Of a stretch of DNA of 39,180 bases, positions 8,471 through 16,449 are shown in pieces. The notes beneath the pieces were generated by a model. The model did not search any database, was not told the origin of the DNA, and saw only the letters and a list, made by a program, of their open reading frames with translations. The position numbers and the translations under genes were made by a program. Each line of letters begins with the position of its first letter. The stretch's first letter is position 1. Source of the DNA: Bacteroidales bacterium (GTDB lineage: Bacteria > Bacteroidota > Bacteroidia > Bacteroidales > CAIWKO01); NCBI GenBank assembly GCA_035389045.1, contig DAOORA010000039.1, positions 1-39,180 of the forward strand. Direction: 5' to 3'.

Positions 8471-10111
8471 TTAAATTCTTTTTCTTCTTATCCATGCTTT
8501 CATTTCTTCGAGCGAAAAATAATATAAGGAGGGTTCTTCATGTGCACCCGTTTCAATATTATAGTTTAAGCAGGCATACAATTCATTGTCGTTTTTGTAA
8601 ACAATAAAAAAATCATATTGTTTAATGATGGTGTTATATTTAATAAATAGTTCCGAATTGCCTAAGCCGGATTCTGCAATTAAGCAACCACTTACCCGGC
8701 TGTTGGCGGAAGTTAAACAATGCTCAATAATGATGTTTTTCCGCCTGTTATCAGCCATTTGGCTGAATCCCGAAAAATAGCCGACAACTCCCTTATTGCT
8801 GGAGTAAATGATATCATCTATATCGTTTATTGAATTAGCTGAAAACAGGATGGACCGGATCGTACTGTTCTTGATGGGTAATTCAAAATAGTTATCGGGG
8901 CTGCTGATATTTGTTACAATGTTTTCTTCTTTTGGTTTTCTGCTCCATTGATACAGGTCTTCCCATGAGAAGGTTTTTTTACAATCATCTTTGTTATTCA
9001 TTGTTCCGTTCATCTTTGGTGTGAAAAATGCTGTTTGCCAGTCAGAAGTATTGGTGTCAATAACAATGGCAAGCATCCTGTTTTTAGCACCGGAAACAGA
9101 AACCTGATTCTGGACAATAAGATCATGGCCCGAAAGAAAAAGTCCCAAACCCGGGTGGGAGTGCATCCAGGCTGTGTGCTCATAATTGCATTTGGTCTTT
9201 TCACTGATATTGTTGAGTGTACTGCCCAGGTAGACGCCAATTTTTTGCCCGAACTGCAGGTCGTATTCTCCGTAAACAACATCGTCGCCCGGTTCAACAA
9301 GATATTCCAGACTGATATTATAGCTTGTTTTATCGTATCCGTCATATTCCCAACGGCCAATGATATAACAACCTGTTTCCGGAGTCCGTTCAGAGTTTAC
9401 TAAGAATTTCTTGAACAGGTCGTAAATGCTTTTTATGGCTGCACGGCTGATAAATATGTTGTGTATGGCTGTATCAAAATAAATCTGACGTGCGTCCAGC
9501 ACATAATAATTCCCGATATCGTTTCTGACACCATCAAGCCCAACGGTATAATCGGGCGTTCCGTCATCTTCTTCAATAACCTCAAATTTGTTATCCTCGG
9601 GTTTTATTTTTTCGTCCACAGGTTTTTTCTTTCTTAATTTTAAATAAATAAGCAGCACGATCAACATCAATATTCCGGCTGCTGCAACATACATCCACCA
9701 TTGGATTTCAATCAGGGGAGCCACTGTGGTTTTTGGAATAAAATTTATTTCAATGTCAGTCGGGGTTTCAAAACTTATTCCCTCTTGTTTGTAATAAGTC
9801 AGCACATCCCCTTTTTTTATTTTTTCCTGCGGTATTTTAAATTTTAAAACTTTATCATCGCCTTCAAGCAGATATGCGTCAATATCGTCAAAGTCTTTCG
9901 TTTTAAAAGCCGTTTCAGGAGAATAATAAACCGCTTCAATTACTTTCTGAACTCTGATCTGAATAATATTTTTACATTTCTTTTCAATGGTCAATATCCC
10001 TGTATTTTCGTCATAATCAGCAGTAACATCCTGAGAATAAACCGGGTGGATGCAATTTAAAATCAGAAGCAAAAAGAAAATGACATATAAACTATAATTA
10101 TGTTTAATCAT
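8471..10111 (-). CDS. Membrane-anchored JAB/MPN+ (JAMM) metalloprotease, putative deubiquitylase/Ubl maturase
   Basis: Signal peptide, ~110-aa exported domain, TM (WWMYVAAAGILMLIVLLIYL) followed by KLRKKK; ETGCYIIG...WMHSHPGLGLFLSGHD (9122-9163)...LAIVID is an intact JAMM motif; possible degenerate second MPN at the C-terminus. Confidence 0.88.
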   Translation of the reverse strand: MIKHNYSLYVIFFLLLILNCIHPVYSQDVTADYDENTGILTIEKKCKNIIQIRVQKVIEAVYYSPETAFKTKDFDDIDAYLLEGDDKVLKFKIPQEKIKKGDVLTYYKQEGISFETPTDIEINFIPKTTVAPLIEIQWWMYVAAAGILMLIVLLIYLKLRKKKPVDEKIKPEDNKFEVIEEDDGTPDYTVGLDGVRNDIGNYYVLDARQIYFDTAIHNIFISRAAIKSIYDLFKKFLVNSERTPETGCYIIGRWEYDGYDKTSYNISLEYLVEPGDDVVYGEYDLQFGQKIGVYLGSTLNNISEKTKCNYEHTAWMHSHPGLGLFLSGHDLIVQNQVSVSGAKNRMLAIVIDTNTSDWQTAFFTPKMNGTMNNKDDCKKTFSWEDLYQWSRKPKEENIVTNISSPDNYFELPIKNSTIRSILFSANSINDIDDIIYSSNKGVVGYFSGFSQMADNRRKNIIIEHCLTSANSRVSGCLIAESGLGNSELFIKYNTIIKQYDFFIVYKNDNELYACLNYNIETGAHEEPSLYYFSLEEMKAWIRRKRI

Positions 10112-10115
10112 GTTT

Positions 10116-10895
10116 TTATATTTCAGGTGTATCGTTGGTTTTTTTTGTGGCAGCTTTTAATAGTTTTTTGCTTTTCAAAATATTATATATCATTACCGCG
10201 AAAAAAACTATGGCAAATACGATGGCTATCTTTAGAATAATGCCCCATATGTCTTTTTTAGGTTCAAGATATAGTTTGTTTATGTTTTCTTTTGATTGGT
10301 TGGACGAATCGCAGAGAGCCAGTAACTCCGGTTCGCTTTTAATAAAATCTTCATTGTCGGTATATAAGATTTCAAACCGGGCATTAAGTTTTATGAAGTC
10401 TTCTCCTTCTTTGAGTAATTTAAGGGAATCTCTTTCCTCATTTTTCACAAAAAGATCACCTTTTTGTTTCATTATTTTATACTGTGAAAGGAAGTCGTTC
10501 AGCTTGTTTTTAAAGTCAGATTTCTTCTTTTCCCGGGCGCCCCCTTCTGTCAGATCTTTGATTTTTTTATCTATTTTAATTTGTAAATCAACACATTGGT
10601 CATAGATTTCTCCCAGATTTTCATTGTTTTCAATGGACGAAAAATAGATTTTACTGTAATTTTCAAATTTATCATTGGCTTTTTTAATATTTGTTTTAAG
10701 GTTGTCGTCAATATCCGAAATCTCTTTTATAGATTTTTCAATTTCTTCAAAGTCCTTCTTGTATTTTGAAAGTTTGTTTTCAATTTCCTCAGTAATAGCA
10801 GGGTCATCGAGCGTTTGACCCATGGCATCATTCCTTATAAAAAGGGAAACTATATTTATTATAAATACAATAAAAAGTATTTGCGGTTTTTTCAT
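10116..10895 (-). CDS. Hypothetical bitopic membrane protein (signal peptide, helical periplasmic domain, C-terminal TM, Lys-rich tail)
   Basis: N-terminal hydrophobic signal, coiled-coil-like body, IWGIILKIAIVFAIVFFAVMIY, then KSKKLLKAATKK. Confidence 0.7.
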   Translation of the reverse strand: MKKPQILFIVFIINIVSLFIRNDAMGQTLDDPAITEEIENKLSKYKKDFEEIEKSIKEISDIDDNLKTNIKKANDKFENYSKIYFSSIENNENLGEIYDQCVDLQIKIDKKIKDLTEGGAREKKKSDFKNKLNDFLSQYKIMKQKGDLFVKNEERDSLKLLKEGEDFIKLNARFEILYTDNEDFIKSEPELLALCDSSNQSKENINKLYLEPKKDIWGIILKIAIVFAIVFFAVMIYNILKSKKLLKAATKKTNDTPEI

Positions 10896-10952
10896 TTTAC
10901 CTGTTCATAAAAACTATAACTTTCATAAAAATTCATTTTTTACTGAAATGCT

Positions 10953-12143
10953 TTATTTTTTGACCTTTATATTGTAAAAATCAACAGCCCCGTTATAGCT
11001 GTCAATAGCATCTTTTACTTTTTTTATACTTTTACATAAAGCACCGTATTTGCTGATTTTAGGACTCATATTTTTAATAATATCATCTATTTCGCTTATA
11101 TCTGTTTTTTTATCTTTATCCCATTTTGTCACTAGGTTGTTTATCTTTACAGCAGCCTGATTAAGTTCTGCAGGGTCAAGCAGACATGTCATATCATCTC
11201 TGTATTTCGTTATTCTATCAACCCACGAATGATACTCCCGGACATTAGATAACAGGGTTGGACATAAGGAATTACCATATAGTCCGTCGATATTCAATTT
11301 TTTGTCTTGCGCAGAAACATCGGATTTTATCTGGTCACAATCCCTTTTCCTTTTTTCTTTTTTAGCCACTTCCAGATCATTATAACTGCTTTGTAAATTC
11401 ATGATCAGGCTGTCAACTATTTTTAAGGCCTTAATTTCATCAACACACGGGTCTCGTAAAAGTTTTATATTGATTAGCGGGCCATCTGAAATATATTGCA
11501 AAACCACTTTTTTGCTGTATTTAGACGAACTGCCTGTGCTTTTAGCCGGGATAAAACCGAAAAACCTCAGATCAACAACTGTTGCTTTGTTTATAACCTT
11601 ATAATTCATTGATAGTTTCAAATTCAGTGTGTCCATAAGATTTAAATTAAACATCTCATTCCGGAGTTTTGATTGCGTCTCTTTTGATGCACCGGCTGTA
11701 CATCTGACCGTATCGGCAACATCATAACCCGAAAACTCACAATTTCTGCAGGTAACCGGGTACAATTCCGTCATCTTCACTTCTTTGACCTGCTTTGTAA
11801 AATGGCTGTTCAATGAAACATTTACATCGTATTTATCCTTAAAGGCTTTTGTAAATTTTCCAAGATTGGTCAGATAGAAACCATTATTATCAGGCGGTAT
11901 CCATAACAGGTTATAGTTCGATTGCTTTTTGCTGCTGATAATTGCCGTGATGGTTTCTATGGACTGATCATACACTAAGGTCAAATCCAGATCAACAGTT
12001 TCACATTTTTTATGTGAATATTTGTAGGGCTTTAATTTCAGTGAAATAGTAGTGTCTTTTTGATGTCTCAGTATAAAAGTTGATTGGGCGCCAACCGTAT
12101 ATGCACAAACAGAAATACATATAAATATTACGAATTTTTTCAT
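10953..12143 (-). CDS. Hypothetical exported Cys-rich protein
   Basis: SpI signal ending VGA-Q; many Cys; start overlaps the upstream E2 stop (ATGA, 12140-12143). Confidence 0.7.
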   Translation of the reverse strand: MKKFVIFICISVCAYTVGAQSTFILRHQKDTTISLKLKPYKYSHKKCETVDLDLTLVYDQSIETITAIISSKKQSNYNLLWIPPDNNGFYLTNLGKFTKAFKDKYDVNVSLNSHFTKQVKEVKMTELYPVTCRNCEFSGYDVADTVRCTAGASKETQSKLRNEMFNLNLMDTLNLKLSMNYKVINKATVVDLRFFGFIPAKSTGSSSKYSKKVVLQYISDGPLINIKLLRDPCVDEIKALKIVDSLIMNLQSSYNDLEVAKKEKRKRDCDQIKSDVSAQDKKLNIDGLYGNSLCPTLLSNVREYHSWVDRITKYRDDMTCLLDPAELNQAAVKINNLVTKWDKDKKTDISEIDDIIKNMSPKISKYGALCKSIKKVKDAIDSYNGAVDFYNIKVKK

Positions 12144-12742
12144 GGCTTTTTGGTTTTATATTTTTTTAAATCATCTATCCATCCCTTTGGCTCAGCCTGT
12201 TGAACAACCCAATGAGCAACGATATCATCTTCGGGGTAGGGTGGGTCAATAACGGAGGCATGGTATTTTTCATATTTAAGGTATAAGGCAACCCTGTCAA
12301 TATATAAGGCCAGATCGGTGTAAGTGCCTGAGGCCAGTTCGTTGAGGCAGACCTTTCCTGCAAAATCGCCGTAATATCTGATATTGGGGTGCCAGGGATG
12401 AGGAATATTCTGGCCGGTATTGTCTTCAGTAAGGAACGTAAAGACCAACTTGCTACCGACGGTAGGATAATTATTAGGGATAATGATCCTCATAATAAAC
12501 TTATCAGCAAAGACGGGATATTCCAATCCGTCTTTATCTTTTTCCAATATCCCGCAAAAAGATCTGATATGGTATGTGATCTCAAAAACAACAGGAAGCC
12601 CGTCGGCATTTCTTTCACTGATGATATACGAAATCTCATTATTTTTCCCCAGGCGTTTATCTATGGTTTCCCATTCCCACATCAGACGTGCATTCCTGTG
12701 TATGAAATTCTTCAGTTTTAGTTCTTCAATTTCCTGTAACAT
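12140..12742 (-). CDS. Ubiquitin-conjugating E2-like enzyme (paralog A)
   Basis: IIIPNNYP and HPWHPNIRYYGDFAGKVCLN: UBC PxxYP and HPN..C signatures. Confidence 0.85.
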   Translation of the reverse strand: MLQEIEELKLKNFIHRNARLMWEWETIDKRLGKNNEISYIISERNADGLPVVFEITYHIRSFCGILEKDKDGLEYPVFADKFIMRIIIPNNYPTVGSKLVFTFLTEDNTGQNIPHPWHPNIRYYGDFAGKVCLNELASGTYTDLALYIDRVALYLKYEKYHASVIDPPYPEDDIVAHWVVQQAEPKGWIDDLKKYKTKKP

Positions 12743-12845
12743 TTTTAATATTTTTTTCTGCGCGATGAAAGATGTTATATCCTTTTATTTATTATCCATT
12801 TTCAAATACTGATTTCACTATGGCCTGATCAGCATCCTTGTCAAA

Positions 12846-13439
12846 TCATTCATTTTTGCTTTTCAAATCCTCGATCCATCCTTTGGGTTCTGCCTGTTTA
12901 ACGACCCATTCAGCTACTTTTTCATCCTCGGGGTAGGGCTTTTCGCCAATAATCGCATGGTATTTTTCGTATTTCAGGTATAAGGCAACCCTTTCAATAA
13001 ACAATGCCAGTGAAGTAAAAGAACTGAAAGCATCTTTATTGAGACAGACCCGTCCTACAAAATCACCGAAAAACCGGATATTCGGATGCCAGGGATGCGG
13101 AATTTTGTTTCCGTGAATATTTTCCGTTAAAAATCTGAATACCAACTTGCTTTCAACACTTGGGAAATTATTGGGAATATTAATTCTCATAACAAACCGG
13201 TCGGCATAAACAGGGTATTGGAAGCCGTCGCCATCTTCTTCCAGAATATCGCAAAAAGAATGGATATTGTATATAATCTCATATACAACCGGAAGGCCTT
13301 CTCCGTTTCGTTCCCTGATGATGTAGTTGACGTCCCTTTTGTTTTGGAAACGGGCGTCTATTGCAATCCATTCATCTAACAGGCGCAGCTGGGAACCTTT
13401 AAAATTCTTGTTTTTGTAAAATTCTATTTCCTGACTCAT
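12846..13439 (-). CDS. Ubiquitin-conjugating E2-like enzyme (paralog B)
   Basis: INIPNNFP and HPWHPNIRFFGDFVGRVCLN; colinear and clearly similar to 12140..12742. Confidence 0.85.
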   Translation of the reverse strand: MSQEIEFYKNKNFKGSQLRLLDEWIAIDARFQNKRDVNYIIRERNGEGLPVVYEIIYNIHSFCDILEEDGDGFQYPVYADRFVMRINIPNNFPSVESKLVFRFLTENIHGNKIPHPWHPNIRFFGDFVGRVCLNKDAFSSFTSLALFIERVALYLKYEKYHAIIGEKPYPEDEKVAEWVVKQAEPKGWIEDLKSKNE

Positions 13440-13441
13440 AA

Positions 13442-13768
13442 TTATTTAAGTCCTCCAGCTTTAGGGTCCGGAACCAGTTCAATCGTGTCTCCATTTTTGA
13501 CATTATAGTCATGCAGGCAAAATTCTGTTTTGCCCCGTTTCGCATGAAGAAGAAGAACCTGCCCGTTTTCATCTATTTTTCCGAAAATATAATCGACAGG
13601 AACACCGTCAACGCCAATACTTGGCATGTCGAACAGGTATTTCCCTTCTTTATTCTGAAGGTGTTTCAGGTTTTTTATCAGTACCTCAAGATTGCTGTTA
13701 GGGTCATTTACCTTAACTTTTGTTTTTTTGTTCTGATACTGAATGAATAAATAAAAATTTTCTTCCAT
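13442..13768 (-). CDS. Ubiquitin-like beta-grasp protein with C-terminal Gly-Gly plus a 2-residue extension
   Basis: C-terminal CLHDYNVKNGDTIELVPDPKAGG-LK resembles ubiquitin TLSDYNIQKESTLHLV..GG; stop lies 2 nt before the E2 start. Confidence 0.8.
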   Translation of the reverse strand: MEENFYLFIQYQNKKTKVKVNDPNSNLEVLIKNLKHLQNKEGKYLFDMPSIGVDGVPVDYIFGKIDENGQVLLLHAKRGKTEFCLHDYNVKNGDTIELVPDPKAGGLK

Positions 13769-14002
13769 GGTATTATTTTTAAGTTTAATTAATAATTAAA
13801 ACAATGATGCTCAGGCATATCGATACGTATAGCACTATTAATAATGACTGTCTGATTTAGTATTACCACATTTTTAATGAATAAAAATGTTTCAATTTTC
13901 TTTGAAAAATGATCATCAGGACAAACGGCGCCATTCAAACTTTGCGTATCCATTATGTTGTTCCGGGTATTATCCTGAATGATTTTCATCGTTTCAAATC
14001 TA

Positions 14003-15664
14003 TTATCTGACAATTAGTTTTTCCATGTAAAATTTGCTTTTGCCTGTAGTTAGTTTAACAAAATAAAATCCTTTGCGAAGAGCAAGGTCCAGATTAATTT
14101 CACCGGGGTCATTTACTTTCAGCGAGTATACCACGCTTCCTTCCAGAGAATATATTTCCAGGACAGAACCCGTCAGGTCTGATGCAGCATCACTTAAACT
14201 CACCGAAAAAACTCCGTTGTTGGGATTGGGGAATATGCTTAAGCCCGAGCACTTATTTCCCCAAATGTAGGGATCTGTGAAATTGCCGCATTGGGGAGCA
14301 TTTATCAAAGCGACATAAACCTTATATTCGGCATTCTGCTCCAGGGTTGTTTCAATGCCGGCACTTGTGGGGTAGTAATATTGTTCGTCAGCTCCGGGAA
14401 TACTGTCATTGTTTTTGTACCATTGATAGATCATATCCTGTGGCGGGTTGGGATAAATAAGTATGTAGGGCTGGCCGGCTGAATTTATCTTAGCGACGAT
14501 ATCATTTGGTACAATGGCGCTTACCTGGGATATGGAAACAGGCATCGTGTATGCCGATGAACACCCATCCGTGTTGGTAACATTCACGGCAACCGAGGCG
14601 TTCGGGTCAGGATTGCCCCAGCTGACCGTGATCCTGTTTGTTCCCTGACCGCTATCAATAGTACCTCCAACAATATTCCACCACTTAGTAAGGCCCGGCA
14701 AAGGAGAAATTTCATAAATTATTCCCTGTTGATGGCCACAAACCGAATTTTCGCCAAGTATGTGGGAAATATCCGGCGATGAAAATACGGTATCGGTCCA
14801 TGTACCATACGAATCAACCCAGGTGCCGGCAGAGCAGGTACTGTCTTTTGCCTGTCTTTTAATAACAAATATGTCCGCAGAGTCGTAAAAAGGCTGGTAA
14901 GTATTGCTGTTGCTGTTCGATATAGGATTATTATTTATTAACCATTGATAAGTTATATTTTCATCCCCTCCGTGTGCATTTATCTGACTTGCAATATTTG
15001 ATCCGGCGATCGGTTCCTGCCCCAGACACAGATTACTGCCTGTGGTTGAAATGGCGCCTGCATCAAAAGGTTCGCGCACCGAAAGGATATAAATGCCTGA
15101 GGATGGGATCCATGCAGTACATCCGGCAGGATTGTGAGCTTCGCGTGTAAAATAGTTCACGCCCGGTGAAAATGATGAGGGGGTATAGTTTGAACTATCA
15201 GAACCCGGAATAGGATTGCCATTAAGTTTCCATTGGTATTCAATGATACCGCTTCCTCCTGTTGCCTGCATATTGCCTGCAATTTGCGAAGCCGCAGCTC
15301 CCGGACAAATGGTATCATAACCGGTAACAATAGACCCGGGGTCAATCAGATGATAAACATGAAGCCACCAGTCTGCACTCGTGGCGCTATCTGCAGGAAG
15401 ATAATAAATTTTAACACTATAAAATGTGCTATCGCCTGCTGTTGCATAGTCAATAATAAGGCTGTCGTTATCAGATGATGGAATAATGCTGCCGTTTTTA
15501 CGCCACTGATATCCGGTTATTATATTCGAAGTTGACAAATTGGCCGTCAATACAACGCTTGAACCTGTGCAGGTTTCATGAGGACCGGTAATAGTGGCAG
15601 TCTGTGATAATAAAGACAGTGCCGAAAGTAAAAAAGAGACACAAAAAATAAATATTTTTTTCAT
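14003..15664 (-). CDS. T9SS type A sorting domain protein with Ig/PKD-like domains
   Basis: Signal peptide; repeated YQW Ig strands; C-terminal IFPNPNNG.F...LEIYSLEG...KGFYFVKL...KLIVR. Confidence 0.85.
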   Translation of the reverse strand: MKKIFIFCVSFLLSALSLLSQTATITGPHETCTGSSVVLTANLSTSNIITGYQWRKNGSIIPSSDNDSLIIDYATAGDSTFYSVKIYYLPADSATSADWWLHVYHLIDPGSIVTGYDTICPGAAASQIAGNMQATGGSGIIEYQWKLNGNPIPGSDSSNYTPSSFSPGVNYFTREAHNPAGCTAWIPSSGIYILSVREPFDAGAISTTGSNLCLGQEPIAGSNIASQINAHGGDENITYQWLINNNPISNSNSNTYQPFYDSADIFVIKRQAKDSTCSAGTWVDSYGTWTDTVFSSPDISHILGENSVCGHQQGIIYEISPLPGLTKWWNIVGGTIDSGQGTNRITVSWGNPDPNASVAVNVTNTDGCSSAYTMPVSISQVSAIVPNDIVAKINSAGQPYILIYPNPPQDMIYQWYKNNDSIPGADEQYYYPTSAGIETTLEQNAEYKVYVALINAPQCGNFTDPYIWGNKCSGLSIFPNPNNGVFSVSLSDAASDLTGSVLEIYSLEGSVVYSLKVNDPGEINLDLALRKGFYFVKLTTGKSKFYMEKLIVR

Positions 15665-15789
15665 ATCAATAGATTTTGCCTGTGAATAAATATTTTATTA
15701 CCAGTCAAACTATGCATAATATCTTCAGAATCATAAACAGATCTCCAATATACAACCTGTGCCTTTATATCAATTTTTGACACCATGGC

Positions 15790-16449
15790 TTATTCAATAC
15801 CTCCCTGATATTTTTTTTCCGATATAATTTTTCCGGTTTCGCCATCTATTTCATAAGTTGTCATCCTGTAAAATTTATCTGTTACAGATACATTCCATAT
15901 TTTATTCTTTTCATCATAGAGAACAGATAATCCATCCCTGTTTTCTCCTGTTTCCATGTTGATATTTTTTCTTGAATGTAAAAACGATAACAATTTATTA
16001 TAATCAAAATTTCCATATTTCAGGTCTTCATCTGTTTCTTTGGTTTTATTACCTGTTTCATCAAAATACTCCCATTTTCCTATTCGAAGACTTTTATTCC
16101 CGATCACATTTCCATCAAATTTCAAATTACCATTGCCATAATACTGGGAGTAATTTCTATAAAAATAAGGTAGAGGCGGTTTGTGCCAGACAATAAATCC
16201 ATCTATTTTATTGCCGGATATTCTAACATAAACGCCATCTTTGGTTGTGTATTCCCAATCATATTCATAATATCCTTCCTTACCACTCATTGGTGATATT
16301 TTTGCATTCTTTTCCAATAATTCAAAATCAATCGTTTTATCTATATTCATATTGGTAAATTTAATGTTTTGTGTATTAACATGCTGAGAGCATCCTGTTA
16401 TTAAAACCGCTAACAATATTATGCTGTATCTGATCATTGAAATAATCAT
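15790..16449 (-). CDS. Lipoprotein, putative cognate immunity protein (MORN-like segment plus PepSY-like C-terminus)
   Basis: Lipobox VLITGC; YYGNGNLK..IGKWEYFDETG; WNVSV..YEIDGETGKIISEK; start overlaps the effector stop (TAATG at 16449). Confidence 0.7.
   Translation of the reverse strand: MIISMIRYSIILLAVLITGCSQHVNTQNIKFTNMNIDKTIDFELLEKNAKISPMSGKEGYYEYDWEYTTKDGVYVRISGNKIDGFIVWHKPPLPYFYRNYSQYYGNGNLKFDGNVIGNKSLRIGKWEYFDETGNKTKETDEDLKYGNFDYNKLLSFLHSRKNINMETGENRDGLSVLYDEKNKIWNVSVTDKFYRMTTYEIDGETGKIISEKKYQGGIE

Noticed and set aside
2635..13768. CBASS type II (Cap2/Cap3) or Pycsar
   Set aside because: No CD-NTase/cyclase or cyclic-nucleotide effector recognised; E1 and E2 are separate and a free Ubl is present
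13442..13768. YukD/EsaB type VII secretion component
   Set aside because: No T7SS genes (EssC, WXG100); it has a GG tail and abuts an E2
13789..14013. 74-aa ORF between the T9SS gene and the Ubl
   Set aside because: TTG start overlapping the upstream gene and no recognisable motif; could be a real small protein from the internal ATG but cannot be supported
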